Assembly: GCA_944327365.1 (NCBI GenBank) | Contig: CALVHI010000001.1 | Coordinates: forward strand, 300 to 64,299 | Reading direction: 5' to 3' | DNA from: an uncultured Bacilli bacterium | Lineage (GTDB): Bacteria > Bacillota_I > Bacilli_A > RF39 > UBA660 | Length of the DNA stretch: 64,000 bases | In this document: positions 56,042 through 64,000 of the stretch, piece after piece | Numbering within the stretch: the first letter of the stretch is position 1 | Layout: every line of letters starts with the position of its first letter | The notes under the pieces: generated by a model | Seen by the model: only the letters and a program-made list of their open reading frames with translations | Database searches by the model: none | What the model was told of the DNA's origin: nothing | Made by a program: the position numbers and the translations under genes

Positions 56042-58267
56042 TTATTCAGATTTATCTTCTAATTTCACTAACACTTCTCTTGGCTTAGAACCATTAGGAG
56101 GCCCTACAATTCCTCGCTCTTCAAGTAAATCAACGACTCTAGCAGCTCTATTGTATCCAAGTCTAAATCTTCTTTGTAAGAGACTTGTACTAACCTTACC
56201 AGTCTGAATGGCAAATTCTACAATTTCATTATACAAAGGGTCATCATATTCTTCTGCTTCTTTTGGAGAACCATGGATACCACTACCTGTAGCATCTAAA
56301 TTTTGCATCTCCTCACTATAATGAGCAACTTGTTCTTTACACACATAATCTATAATTCTCTTAATCTCATCATCAGTGATAAAACATCCTTGAATACGAA
56401 TTGGAACATTTTCTCCCATAGGCAAATAAAGCATATCACCTTTACCAAGTAATTTTTCAGCTCCACTCATATCTAGTATGGTTCTAGAATCAATGTTAGA
56501 TGCCACTGCAAAAGCAATACGAGACGGTATATTTGCTTTAACAACACCAGTGATTACATCTGTTGATGGCCTTTGAGTAGCTACAATTAAATGTATTCCC
56601 GCTGCTCTAGCCATTTGCGTAATTCTCATAATAGAATCTTCAACCTCTTTACTTGCAACAAGCATTAAATCTGCAAGTTCATCAATAATAGCAACAATAT
56701 AAGGTATCTTAGGCATATTGGTATTTTTAGCTTTATTTTCTTTTATTACCCAATCGTTATAACCAGCAATATTCTTAACATTTGCCTCACTAAACATATC
56801 ATATCTTTTATCCATTTCTGCAACTAACTTTTGAAGAGCAATACTTGCTTTTTTAGGATCACTAACTACAGGACATAAAAGATGAGGAACACCATTATAA
56901 TTAGAAAGTTCTACTTTTTTAGGATCAACTAACACTAATTTTACTTCATCAGGTTTATAGCGCATCAAAATAGAACAAATCATTGTATTCGTACAAACAG
57001 ATTTACCCGAACCTGTAGAACCAGCAATTAAAAGATGGGGCATTTTAGATATATCCGCAAGCTGTGGTCGTCCCATAATATCTTTACCTAAAGCAACAAC
57101 AATTTTAGCATCACTCATCGCTTTTGATTCATGAGCAAGTACTTCTTTAAATTTAACAGCACTAATACTCGGATTGGGAATTTCTACACCAATAGTACTT
57201 TTACCAGGAATAGGGGCTTGTATTCTTACATCTTTAGCAGCCAGTGCCAAAGCAATCTCTTTATTAATACCAACGATTCTTGATACTTTTGTCCCACTAG
57301 GCACCCTTACTTCATACTGAGTAACGGCAGGCCCAATATGAATTTCCACTACTTGGCCATTAATTTGAAAGTCTTTTAGAACTCTTTCTAAGTTTTCTTG
57401 ATTACTACGAATATAATTATTAGAAGCAGACGTTTTCTTTAACGGTTTTACATCATCTAACAAAGATAAAGGAGGAAGAGTATAATTACTACTAACTTCA
57501 TAAATACTATCTTTATTTGTCTCTAAATTTTCTTTTTGAGGTTCTTTTAATGTCTTTAATTCATCCATACTAGTAATAACAATTTTATCATTCTTCTTCT
57601 CTTCAAATTCTTGATCTTCTTCATAAGCATATTCTTCTTGAACCACTTTTTCTTTAGGAACTGTATTTTTAAGAGTAGAGAAGAAAGATTTAATTTTTTG
57701 AACAATATCTGCCATAGTAATATTAAAGAATAAAATAAGCCCAAATAAGCTTAAAATAATACATACGATTTTTGTCCCTGTAAGCCCAAACAAACTAGAA
57801 AACATAACAGCAAAAATAGCTCCAATAACACCTCCGCCAATTTCAATAGAAGTATCCCCACTAGTAAATAAAGCAGTATTAGATCCAATAGTAGAAATTC
57901 TTTCCATATACTGATCAATAGTAGATTGAAAAATATCAGAAGCACCATTACATTGTTCAATAAATCCAAAATGACTAGCAACAAGCAAAACAATAATAAT
58001 AACATAAAAGCCTACTAATCTTTGACTAAAAAATTTAGGCAAACATCTTTTAATTAACATATAAATTCCTAAAACAAGCATAAAGATAAGCAGAAATATC
58101 CAAGCCCATCCGCCCACTAAAAACATTGTAAATTTCTTAATAATAGACCCAACTGGCCCAAATCCAAAACCGATAATACCAATAAGAATTAAAATAAGCC
58201 CTGTAAGCTCAGCACTAAATATTACTTTTGTTTCTTCATCTTTTTTTGCCTTTTTCTTCTTTGCCAT
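56042..58267 (-). CDS. ftsK: DNA translocase FtsK/SpoIIIE
   Basis: N-terminal 4-TM domain, linker, motor domain with GSTGSGKS Walker A, C-terminal winged-helix gamma domain. Confidence 0.9.
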   Translation of the reverse strand: MAKKKKAKKDEETKVIFSAELTGLILILIGIIGFGFGPVGSIIKKFTMFLVGGWAWIFLLIFMLVLGIYMLIKRCLPKFFSQRLVGFYVIIIVLLVASHFGFIEQCNGASDIFQSTIDQYMERISTIGSNTALFTSGDTSIEIGGGVIGAIFAVMFSSLFGLTGTKIVCIILSLFGLILFFNITMADIVQKIKSFFSTLKNTVPKEKVVQEEYAYEEDQEFEEKKNDKIVITSMDELKTLKEPQKENLETNKDSIYEVSSNYTLPPLSLLDDVKPLKKTSASNNYIRSNQENLERVLKDFQINGQVVEIHIGPAVTQYEVRVPSGTKVSRIVGINKEIALALAAKDVRIQAPIPGKSTIGVEIPNPSISAVKFKEVLAHESKAMSDAKIVVALGKDIMGRPQLADISKMPHLLIAGSTGSGKSVCTNTMICSILMRYKPDEVKLVLVDPKKVELSNYNGVPHLLCPVVSDPKKASIALQKLVAEMDKRYDMFSEANVKNIAGYNDWVIKENKAKNTNMPKIPYIVAIIDELADLMLVASKEVEDSIMRITQMARAAGIHLIVATQRPSTDVITGVVKANIPSRIAFAVASNIDSRTILDMSGAEKLLGKGDMLYLPMGENVPIRIQGCFITDDEIKRIIDYVCKEQVAHYSEEMQNLDATGSGIHGSPKEAEEYDDPLYNEIVEFAIQTGKVSTSLLQRRFRLGYNRAARVVDLLEERGIVGPPNGSKPREVLVKLEDKSE

Positions 58268-58412
58268 CTTACTTCACCATAATAATTATAACGTAAAGAA
58301 GAGTTTAATGCAAATAAATATTCGCCAAAATGCCAAGATAAACTGTAAAACGGGTATTTTATGATTGAATTAATCATTTAGATTCTTATATAATAATTTT
58401 AAGAGGTGGAAT

Positions 58413-58682
58413 ATGATTAAAGTAGAAAGAAATAAAGCTGTCTATAAAATTGATGGAAAAATAAAGGGAGAAGTAACTTATCCAAGCATAAATAGTAATA
58501 CTGTAAATATTAATCACACTTTTATTGATCCCTCATTAAGAGGAGAGGGTATTGCAGACAAAATGATGAAGGAAGTTTTTAAATATCTAAAAGATCAAAA
58601 TTTAAAAGTAATTTGCACTTGTTCTTATGCCTCCTCTTGGTTAGAAAAACATCCTGAATATCATGAATTAAAAGTTGATTAA
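58413..58682 (+). CDS. Small GNAT-family N-acetyltransferase (YjdJ-like)
   Basis: 89 aa; HTFIDPSLRGEGIADKMM...CSYAS matches the minimal GNAT family. Confidence 0.6.
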   Translation: MIKVERNKAVYKIDGKIKGEVTYPSINSNTVNINHTFIDPSLRGEGIADKMMKEVFKYLKDQNLKVICTCSYASSWLEKHPEYHELKVD

Positions 58683-58735
58683 CAAGGTATTTTATGCTAT
58701 AATCTATATGCATATTGAAGTATGTGCATAAATAT

Positions 58736-58842
58736 AAAAAAGCGGTGAATCCAGCCGTATAAATTGGAACTTAAAAAAGCGGTGAATCCAGCCATAAATT
58801 GGAACTTAAAAAAGCGGTGAATCCAGCCATAAATTGGAACTT
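58736..58842 (+). ncRNA. toxI: ToxI/AntiQ-like antitoxin RNA: three tandem 35-37-nt repeats plus a partial fourth
   Basis: AAAAAAGCGGTGAATCCAGCC(GT)ATAAATTGGAACTT x3, at 58736-58772, 58773-58807, 58808-58842. Promoter TTGATT-17-TATAAT at 58675-58703. Terminator and ToxN-family gene immediately downstream. Confidence 0.6.
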
Positions 58843-58853
58843 AAAAAAGTAGG

Positions 58854-58882
58854 TTAGAGACTCAACTCTAATCTTTTCTTTT
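58854..58882 (+). terminator. Rho-independent terminator between antitoxin repeats and toxin gene
   Basis: TTAGAG actcaa CTCTAA followed by TCTTTTCTTTT, as in toxIN loci. Confidence 0.5.
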
Positions 58883-58928
58883 AAGCGCTTTTATTGTATA
58901 ATTATATTAGTTACAAGGGGGAATAGAA

Positions 58929-59438
58929 ATGAGAAATTTTAAAATTGTACGTGTTGATTCAGATTATTGTGATTATTTAAGAAATTTTGATTCAAAAGTA
59001 ATTTATAACAGAGGAGTTAAAATTTTAAGACCATTTATAGGAGTTTTATTTAAAATTGATAAATGGGAATATTTTGCTCCTTTGTCAAGTCCTAAGCCAA
59101 AACATAAATCAATGAGAAACACTATAGACTTTTTTAAAATAAAAAATGGCGAATTAGGAGCAATTAATTTTAATAACATGATTCCTGTTACTAAGGATAA
59201 TTATATTGAAATTGATTTATACACAGAAGCAATAGATTTTAAAGAAAGAAAGTATCAAAAAATGTTAAAGGAACAGTTAGCATGGTTAAATGCTAATAAG
59301 CATCAAATTAAAGATCATTCTTATAAATTATATACAAAATATAAAAATAATAAATTATCATCAAGTATTAGACTTAGATGTTGCAATTATCCACTGTTAG
59401 AAAGTAAAAGCATAGAATTTAATAAAATTCACAATTAG
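58929..59438 (+). CDS. toxN: Type III toxin-antitoxin system toxin, ToxN/AbiQ family endoribonuclease
   Basis: 169 aa; FIGVLFKIDKWEYFAPLSSPKPKH...GAINFNNMIPV...RLRCCNYPLLE matches the ToxN/AbiQ fold family. Preceded by tandem repeats and a terminator. Confidence 0.8.
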   Translation: MRNFKIVRVDSDYCDYLRNFDSKVIYNRGVKILRPFIGVLFKIDKWEYFAPLSSPKPKHKSMRNTIDFFKIKNGELGAINFNNMIPVTKDNYIEIDLYTEAIDFKERKYQKMLKEQLAWLNANKHQIKDHSYKLYTKYKNNKLSSSIRLRCCNYPLLESKSIEFNKIHN

Positions 59439-59564
59439 GAAAGAAGGGATACTATAAAAGAAATATTCATTAACGATATTGATGATTTAAACTCGTTTTT
59501 TCATTTTACTAATAAAGACAATCTAAAAGATATAAATTTATATGGTTTAATTCCTAAAATAGGA

Positions 59565-60197
59565 ATGAATGCTAATAATATAGAAGAAACCAAAAAAGTA
59601 TTTTTTTCTGAGGGGAAAAAAGCCGTTTTAGAACTATGTGATGTGTGGCTTAAATGGATGATGAATAATGCTTTTGGACCAAAAGATTTGTATGGCTATT
59701 ATAAAGATATGTCTTTTGATAAAACAAGAAAATTAATGCTTTTTTGGAATGATGAATTTTTAAGTAAAGAATATTTAAAAGATGAAGAAAAATTAAATTT
59801 TGTTTTTGAAATAGTATATAATAAAATGAAAAATGCTGTTTATCTTTTACTCGATATAGATGATAGTATCTATTCTGTATCGGATATAGATGAAGCTAAA
59901 GATAAAATGTTAAAAAATAAAAATAAAATAGATTATTACTATATGAAAGAAATGTATGGATCATTTAGTAATATTGATAATAATAAAATGGAAAGATGGA
60001 ATATGCACACTTTATCTAATATGGGCATACTACCTGATAAAATAAGTTTAATTAAAGCTAGTAATGGTAATGTTGATATGTTATCAGTGATTATGGAAAT
60101 ATATGAAGAAAAAGGGAAAGAATATAATTGGGACATATTAAGTAAATATATTAATTATGTAAAAAGAAGGGAGATAAATAATGGGATTATTCGATAA
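59565..60197 (+). CDS. Hypothetical protein (true start may lie upstream, around 59454)
   Basis: 210-aa ORF. The frame stays open for 42 codons back to the toxN stop, with a strong SD (AGGAAAGAAGGG) 5 nt before an in-frame ATA. Confidence 0.4.
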   Translation: MNANNIEETKKVFFSEGKKAVLELCDVWLKWMMNNAFGPKDLYGYYKDMSFDKTRKLMLFWNDEFLSKEYLKDEEKLNFVFEIVYNKMKNAVYLLLDIDDSIYSVSDIDEAKDKMLKNKNKIDYYYMKEMYGSFSNIDNNKMERWNMHTLSNMGILPDKISLIKASNGNVDMLSVIMEIYEEKGKEYNWDILSKYINYVKRREINNGIIR

Positions 60198-61170
60198 ATT
60201 TAAAAGTGTATTTAAAAAGAAAGAAGAACATAAAGAAGATATTGAAAGTTATGAAAAAGGACTTGAAAAAACAAGAAAAGAGTTTGTTAATGAATTAAGC
60301 ATATTAGGACATAAATATACCAAAGTAAGTGATGAATATTTTGATGAATTAGAAAGTATTTTAATTATGGCGGATATTGGTGTAAATACGGTAATGGACT
60401 TTATTGATCGATTAAAAGCAAGAGTAAAAAAAGAAAATATTACAGACACTAAATATTTACAAGAAGTAATTGTTGATGAGTTATTTATTATTTATGTTAG
60501 TGGTGAATCTTTAAGCGATAAGATTAATATGAATCCAAATGGACCAACCGTTATATTAATGGTTGGTGTAAATGGAGTAGGAAAGACGACAACAATTGCC
60601 AAACTTGCTTATAAATATAAGAATGAAGGTAAAAGTGTTATGATGATAGCGGGCGATACATTCCGAGCAGGAGCTGTTCCTCAATTAAAAGAGTGGGCTA
60701 AAAAAACTGGTTCGATGTTTTATGGCAAAGAAAACACTGATCCAGCTGGAGTAATCTATGATGGCTTAGTAAAAGCTAAGGAAGAAAATGTTGATATTGT
60801 TTTAGTAGATACAGCAGGTAGACTTCAAAACAAAGTAAACTTAATGAAAGAGTTAGAAAAAATAAATAAAGTAATTGGCACTCATGTAGAAGGCTCTCCC
60901 CAAGAAACACTTCTTGTAATTGATGCATCTACCGGCCAAAACGGTATTTTACAAGCGGAAAGCTTCAAAGAAATTACGAACATCACTGGTATAGTCTTAA
61001 CGAAACTAGATGGTACAGCAAAAGGGGGAATAGTTCTTGCTATAAAAGAAAGTGTAGGTATTCCTGTTAAATTCATAGGGTTAGGTGAAGGTATGGAAGA
61101 TTTAAAGCCTTTTGATATTGAAAATTATATTTATGGTTTATTTAAGGATATGATGGATGATGGAAAGTAG
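60181..61170 (+). CDS. ftsY: Signal recognition particle receptor FtsY
   Basis: NG domain with GVNGVGKTTT, DTAGR, TKLDGTAKGG. Confidence 0.9.
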   Translation: MGLFDKFKSVFKKKEEHKEDIESYEKGLEKTRKEFVNELSILGHKYTKVSDEYFDELESILIMADIGVNTVMDFIDRLKARVKKENITDTKYLQEVIVDELFIIYVSGESLSDKINMNPNGPTVILMVGVNGVGKTTTIAKLAYKYKNEGKSVMMIAGDTFRAGAVPQLKEWAKKTGSMFYGKENTDPAGVIYDGLVKAKEENVDIVLVDTAGRLQNKVNLMKELEKINKVIGTHVEGSPQETLLVIDASTGQNGILQAESFKEITNITGIVLTKLDGTAKGGIVLAIKESVGIPVKFIGLGEGMEDLKPFDIENYIYGLFKDMMDDGK

Positions 61171-61444
61171 AGATTATTTAAATTCTTTATTTGATATTTA
61201 TAAAGATTTATTAACCAAAAAAGAACAAAATGCTTTTATAGAGCATTATATGGAAGATTTATCTATGCAAGAGATCGCAGATAATCAAAATGTATCAAAA
61301 AGTAGTGTTGGCATGACTGTAAAAAGAGCCCAGCAAAAATTAATTGATCTAGAATCAAAATTGCACATATATTATAAGAACAAGAAAATAAAAGAAGCAC
61401 TTATAAATAAAGATTATGCTTTAATAGAAAAGATCGTAAATTAA
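61157..61444 (+). CDS. ylxM: YlxM/UPF0122 putative DNA-binding protein of the SRP operon
   Basis: Conserved LFDIYKDLLTKKEQNAFIEHYMEDLSMQEIADNQNVSKS...; lies downstream of ftsY as in Bacillus. Confidence 0.75.
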   Translation: MMESRDYLNSLFDIYKDLLTKKEQNAFIEHYMEDLSMQEIADNQNVSKSSVGMTVKRAQQKLIDLESKLHIYYKNKKIKEALINKDYALIEKIVN

Positions 61445-61514
61445 AAAAAGCAAAAGGCATACAATCAAATTCACTACAACAAGCCCAATTTTCACATGAA
61501 CCAAGCTAATTGAA

Positions 61515-61988
61515 CTATAAATACTTAGGACAATCAATTTTTCCTAAAAGATAATCAGCGCTAACATGATATTTACTACAAATCATATAAAGAAAAGGAG
61601 TACCAATTAAACTTTTACCATTTTCATATATACTCCATGTTGGTTGATCAATATGTAAGAACATAGAAATTTGCTGTTGAGTAAGTTTTTTTTCTTTTCT
61701 AAATTCTTTTAATCTTTTTGAACATAATTCCAAATCAAAGCCTGATTTTACTTGATAAGATTGATTCACAGAGCCAAAAAGGTAATCTATACTTAATTTA
61801 AAATAATCTGCAAATGAAATTAATCTTTTAAGAGGAATAATATTATTATTTGATTCCCACATAGCATAACTACTTCTAGTAACTCCCAATATTTTAGCTA
61901 TATCGTTTTGACTCATACTATTTTGTAATCTTACTTCTTTAATTCTTTTTGTGCTAAACATAATTTTCACCTTTTTAAATTGTCTCAT
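61515..61988 (-). CDS. Double-HTH XRE family transcriptional regulator (module C)
   Basis: Two HTH_XRE domains; C-terminal half closely related to the module A regulator (TPFLYMICSKYHVSADYLLGKID). Confidence 0.8.
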   Translation of the reverse strand: MRQFKKVKIMFSTKRIKEVRLQNSMSQNDIAKILGVTRSSYAMWESNNNIIPLKRLISFADYFKLSIDYLFGSVNQSYQVKSGFDLELCSKRLKEFRKEKKLTQQQISMFLHIDQPTWSIYENGKSLIGTPFLYMICSKYHVSADYLLGKIDCPKYL

Positions 61989-62035
61989 TTATTAAAGAAA
62001 ATAAAAATTATATGTCAGAAATATCTATATTTTTC

Positions 62036-62104
62036 TTGACTTTTTATCTAGCCCAATTTATAATTTAAATATAAGCTAGGAAACTCATCTATCATAGCTT
62101 ATAT
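62036..62104 (+). promoter_or_regulatory. Consensus promoter TTGACT-17-TATAAT plus 10-bp inverted repeat, duplicate of the module A control region
   Basis: TTGACT 62036-62041. TATAAT 62059-62064. ATATAAGCTA 62069-62078 / TAGCTTATAT 62095-62104. About 125 bp nearly identical to 21901-22023. Confidence 0.55.
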
Positions 62105-62151
62105 TTACACCTAAATAAATGAAGGTGTACTTCACAGAAAAGAGGTAAGTT

Positions 62152-63465
62152 ATGAAATTTGAAGTATTAAAAAGAAGTCATTTAAAAAGAAATATTATTA
62201 TAGGAGTATTTGCAGTATTCATAATAAGTGCATGTATATTAAACTTTACTCAAGCTAAATATAGAGTAACAGAAAGTATACCCCTCATAAATGGAACCAT
62301 CCATTATACCCCCTATGATTTAAACTTAGTAGCTATGTATCAGCAAGATGAGGCAGGTGAATATGTTGAGATAGAACAAATGCCTAGTAGTGGTTATACT
62401 ATCAATACAGAAGAAAGTTATTGTACTGTAGATGGCAATAAAGATAATACAATAAGCTTATATACAAACGAAAACGGAGAACATGTTATAGCCAAATTAA
62501 AGAAGGGAAGTAAGTGCTATTTATATTTTGATAAATGTCAAGCTAAAGATGTAATCCTAGCAGGAAAAGACATTCAAAAAAGGACAGATTTTAGTACGGT
62601 ATTAACAACAAATACTGATGGAATAATTTATCAAGAAGAAACAAGTGATGGAACAACTTATTACTTTGCCGGAGATACAGATGAAAATTGGGTATCCTTT
62701 GCCGGCTATTATTGGCAAATCATCAGAATTAATGAAGATGAAAGCGTTCGTTTAATTTATGCAGGCACAAGCCCTTCAATGGGCAATACAGATGACCAAA
62801 TAAGTGCAAGTGCATTCAATAATACAGTTAGCGACAATGCACATATAGGATATATGTTTGGAAGTTTGAATGCGTCAAACTATAATTTGACGCATTCAAA
62901 CATAAATAGTAGTACTATAAAAGCCGTTATAGATAATTGGTATCAAAAAAATATATTAAATGCAAACTATGATCGGTATATTAATACCGAAGCAGGATTC
63001 TGTGGGGATAGAACTCCATACGTTTATAGGTCTGGGCTTTATATATCAGGAGGAGGTACTGGAACAATAGCGACCTATTATGGAGCCTTTGTAAGATTAA
63101 ATATAAATAAAATCCCAACGTTTGAATGTAACAGTAGCAATGACTTGTATACAGTAGATGAAAGTAGTAAAGGATTAACCTATCCAGTCGGACTCATCAC
63201 AGCAGACGAGGTGGTTTATGCGGGGGGAACGTACAAACAAACTAATAATAGTTTTTATCTTAACACAGATAGTACATATTGGACTTTATCACCGTTTGAA
63301 TACGATGGAGACAGTTCCAGAATATTTTATGTGTCAGAAGGATACTTAAACGATTGGCATGGCTCTTATGATGCTTTTGGCGTCCGTCCGGTTATAAACC
63401 TGGATGCTGGTGTAACAATAAAATCTGGAAATGGCACAGCAAATTCACCTTATAAAATATCTTGA
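62152..63465 (+). CDS. Signal-anchored mosaic surface/secreted protein, paralog C
   Basis: First ~65 codons almost identical at DNA level to paralog A. Distinct variable block. Conserved C-terminal blocks through GVRPVINLDAGVTIKSGNGTA. Confidence 0.7.
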   Translation: MKFEVLKRSHLKRNIIIGVFAVFIISACILNFTQAKYRVTESIPLINGTIHYTPYDLNLVAMYQQDEAGEYVEIEQMPSSGYTINTEESYCTVDGNKDNTISLYTNENGEHVIAKLKKGSKCYLYFDKCQAKDVILAGKDIQKRTDFSTVLTTNTDGIIYQEETSDGTTYYFAGDTDENWVSFAGYYWQIIRINEDESVRLIYAGTSPSMGNTDDQISASAFNNTVSDNAHIGYMFGSLNASNYNLTHSNINSSTIKAVIDNWYQKNILNANYDRYINTEAGFCGDRTPYVYRSGLYISGGGTGTIATYYGAFVRLNINKIPTFECNSSNDLYTVDESSKGLTYPVGLITADEVVYAGGTYKQTNNSFYLNTDSTYWTLSPFEYDGDSSRIFYVSEGYLNDWHGSYDAFGVRPVINLDAGVTIKSGNGTANSPYKIS

Positions 63466-63590
63466 TATGAATAATATTGAAAAAATAAAATATAGTATTT
63501 AACTCAATTTTCTTAACAAAAATTAGATCAAAATGAATAAATTTGGTCTTTTTTTTACATATTTAGAATAGAATTAATAGGAGGTCCATT

Positions 63591-64000
63591 ATGTTTAATA
63601 ATTTTGGATTTATTGGTAGTAAATTATTAAAAGAAGCAGAAGAAGAAAGAAAAAATCTACATCACCCCTATGTTGGAAGTGAACATTTACTTTTAGCAAT
63701 ATTAAAAACAGAAGGCATGACTAAAGAAATCCTAGAAGAAGTGGGTTTAACATACCAAAAATTTAGATCAGAACTAATTAATGTTGTTGGTATTCCTAAA
63801 AAGAATATAGACGTTAATCTATACACTCCTTTATTAAAAAGAATCTTATCTAATGCCTTAAGTGATGCCAAAGAAAATAATAAAGGGATCATTACCGAAG
63901 CTCATCTATTAATTGCTCTCTTAGACGAAGGAGAAGGTATAGCTATCCGTATTATGATTGGAATGAATATTAATTTAGATGATTTATATGATGAATTAAA
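63591..64000 (+). CDS. Clp ATPase (ClpC/ClpE-like), N-terminal Clp_N repeat region, partial at the window edge
   Basis: MFNNFGFIGSKLLKEAEEERKNLHHPYVGSEHLLLAILK...AHLLIALL: two Clp_N repeats. RBS AGGAGG. Continues past the window end. Confidence 0.7.
   Translation, partial: MFNNFGFIGSKLLKEAEEERKNLHHPYVGSEHLLLAILKTEGMTKEILEEVGLTYQKFRSELINVVGIPKKNIDVNLYTPLLKRILSNALSDAKENNKGIITEAHLLIALLDEGEGIAIRIMIGMNINLDDLYDEL

Noticed and set aside
58736-58842. Possible mini-CRISPR array (three direct repeats)
   Set aside because: The repeats abut one another with no unique spacers. The unit is A-rich rather than palindromic. A terminator and a ToxN-family gene follow. This is the organisation of a type III antitoxin RNA, not CRISPR.

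Overview
Strongly AT-rich chromosome segment from a low-GC Gram-positive (Firmicutes-like) organism using the standard genetic code. Housekeeping genes are interleaved with several accessory islands. Core genes include murD, ftsW, rlmB, a sigH-like sigma factor, eno, deoD, clpB, uppP, miaB, miaA, cca, dnaD, nth, ftsK, ftsY, ylxM, hup, spoVS and a five-tRNA operon. Accessory content: (i) the right end of a prophage (holin, M23/PG-binding endolysin) abutting tRNA-Leu. (ii) Three decayed miniature IS200/IS605 TnpB-derived elements, two of which bracket an ABC-exporter operon. (iii) An orphan cluster of pilin-like and TadE-like small proteins plus a degenerate ParA/MinD-like protein, with no secretion ATPase present. 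(iv) Three copies of a module made of a divergent double-HTH XRE regulator plus a ~435-aa signal-anchored mosaic protein; copies A and C share a near-identical promoter, 5'UTR palindrome and N-terminus. (v) An IS30-family element with perfect 20-bp inverted repeats inserted between two paralogous secreted-protein genes. (vi) A type III toxin-antitoxin locus (ToxN/AbiQ-like) with three tandem RNA repeats and an internal terminator. (vii) A CIRCE-like palindrome overlapping a consensus promoter in front of an N-domain-less clpB. All calls come from reading the sequence and the ORF translations; no database searches were run.
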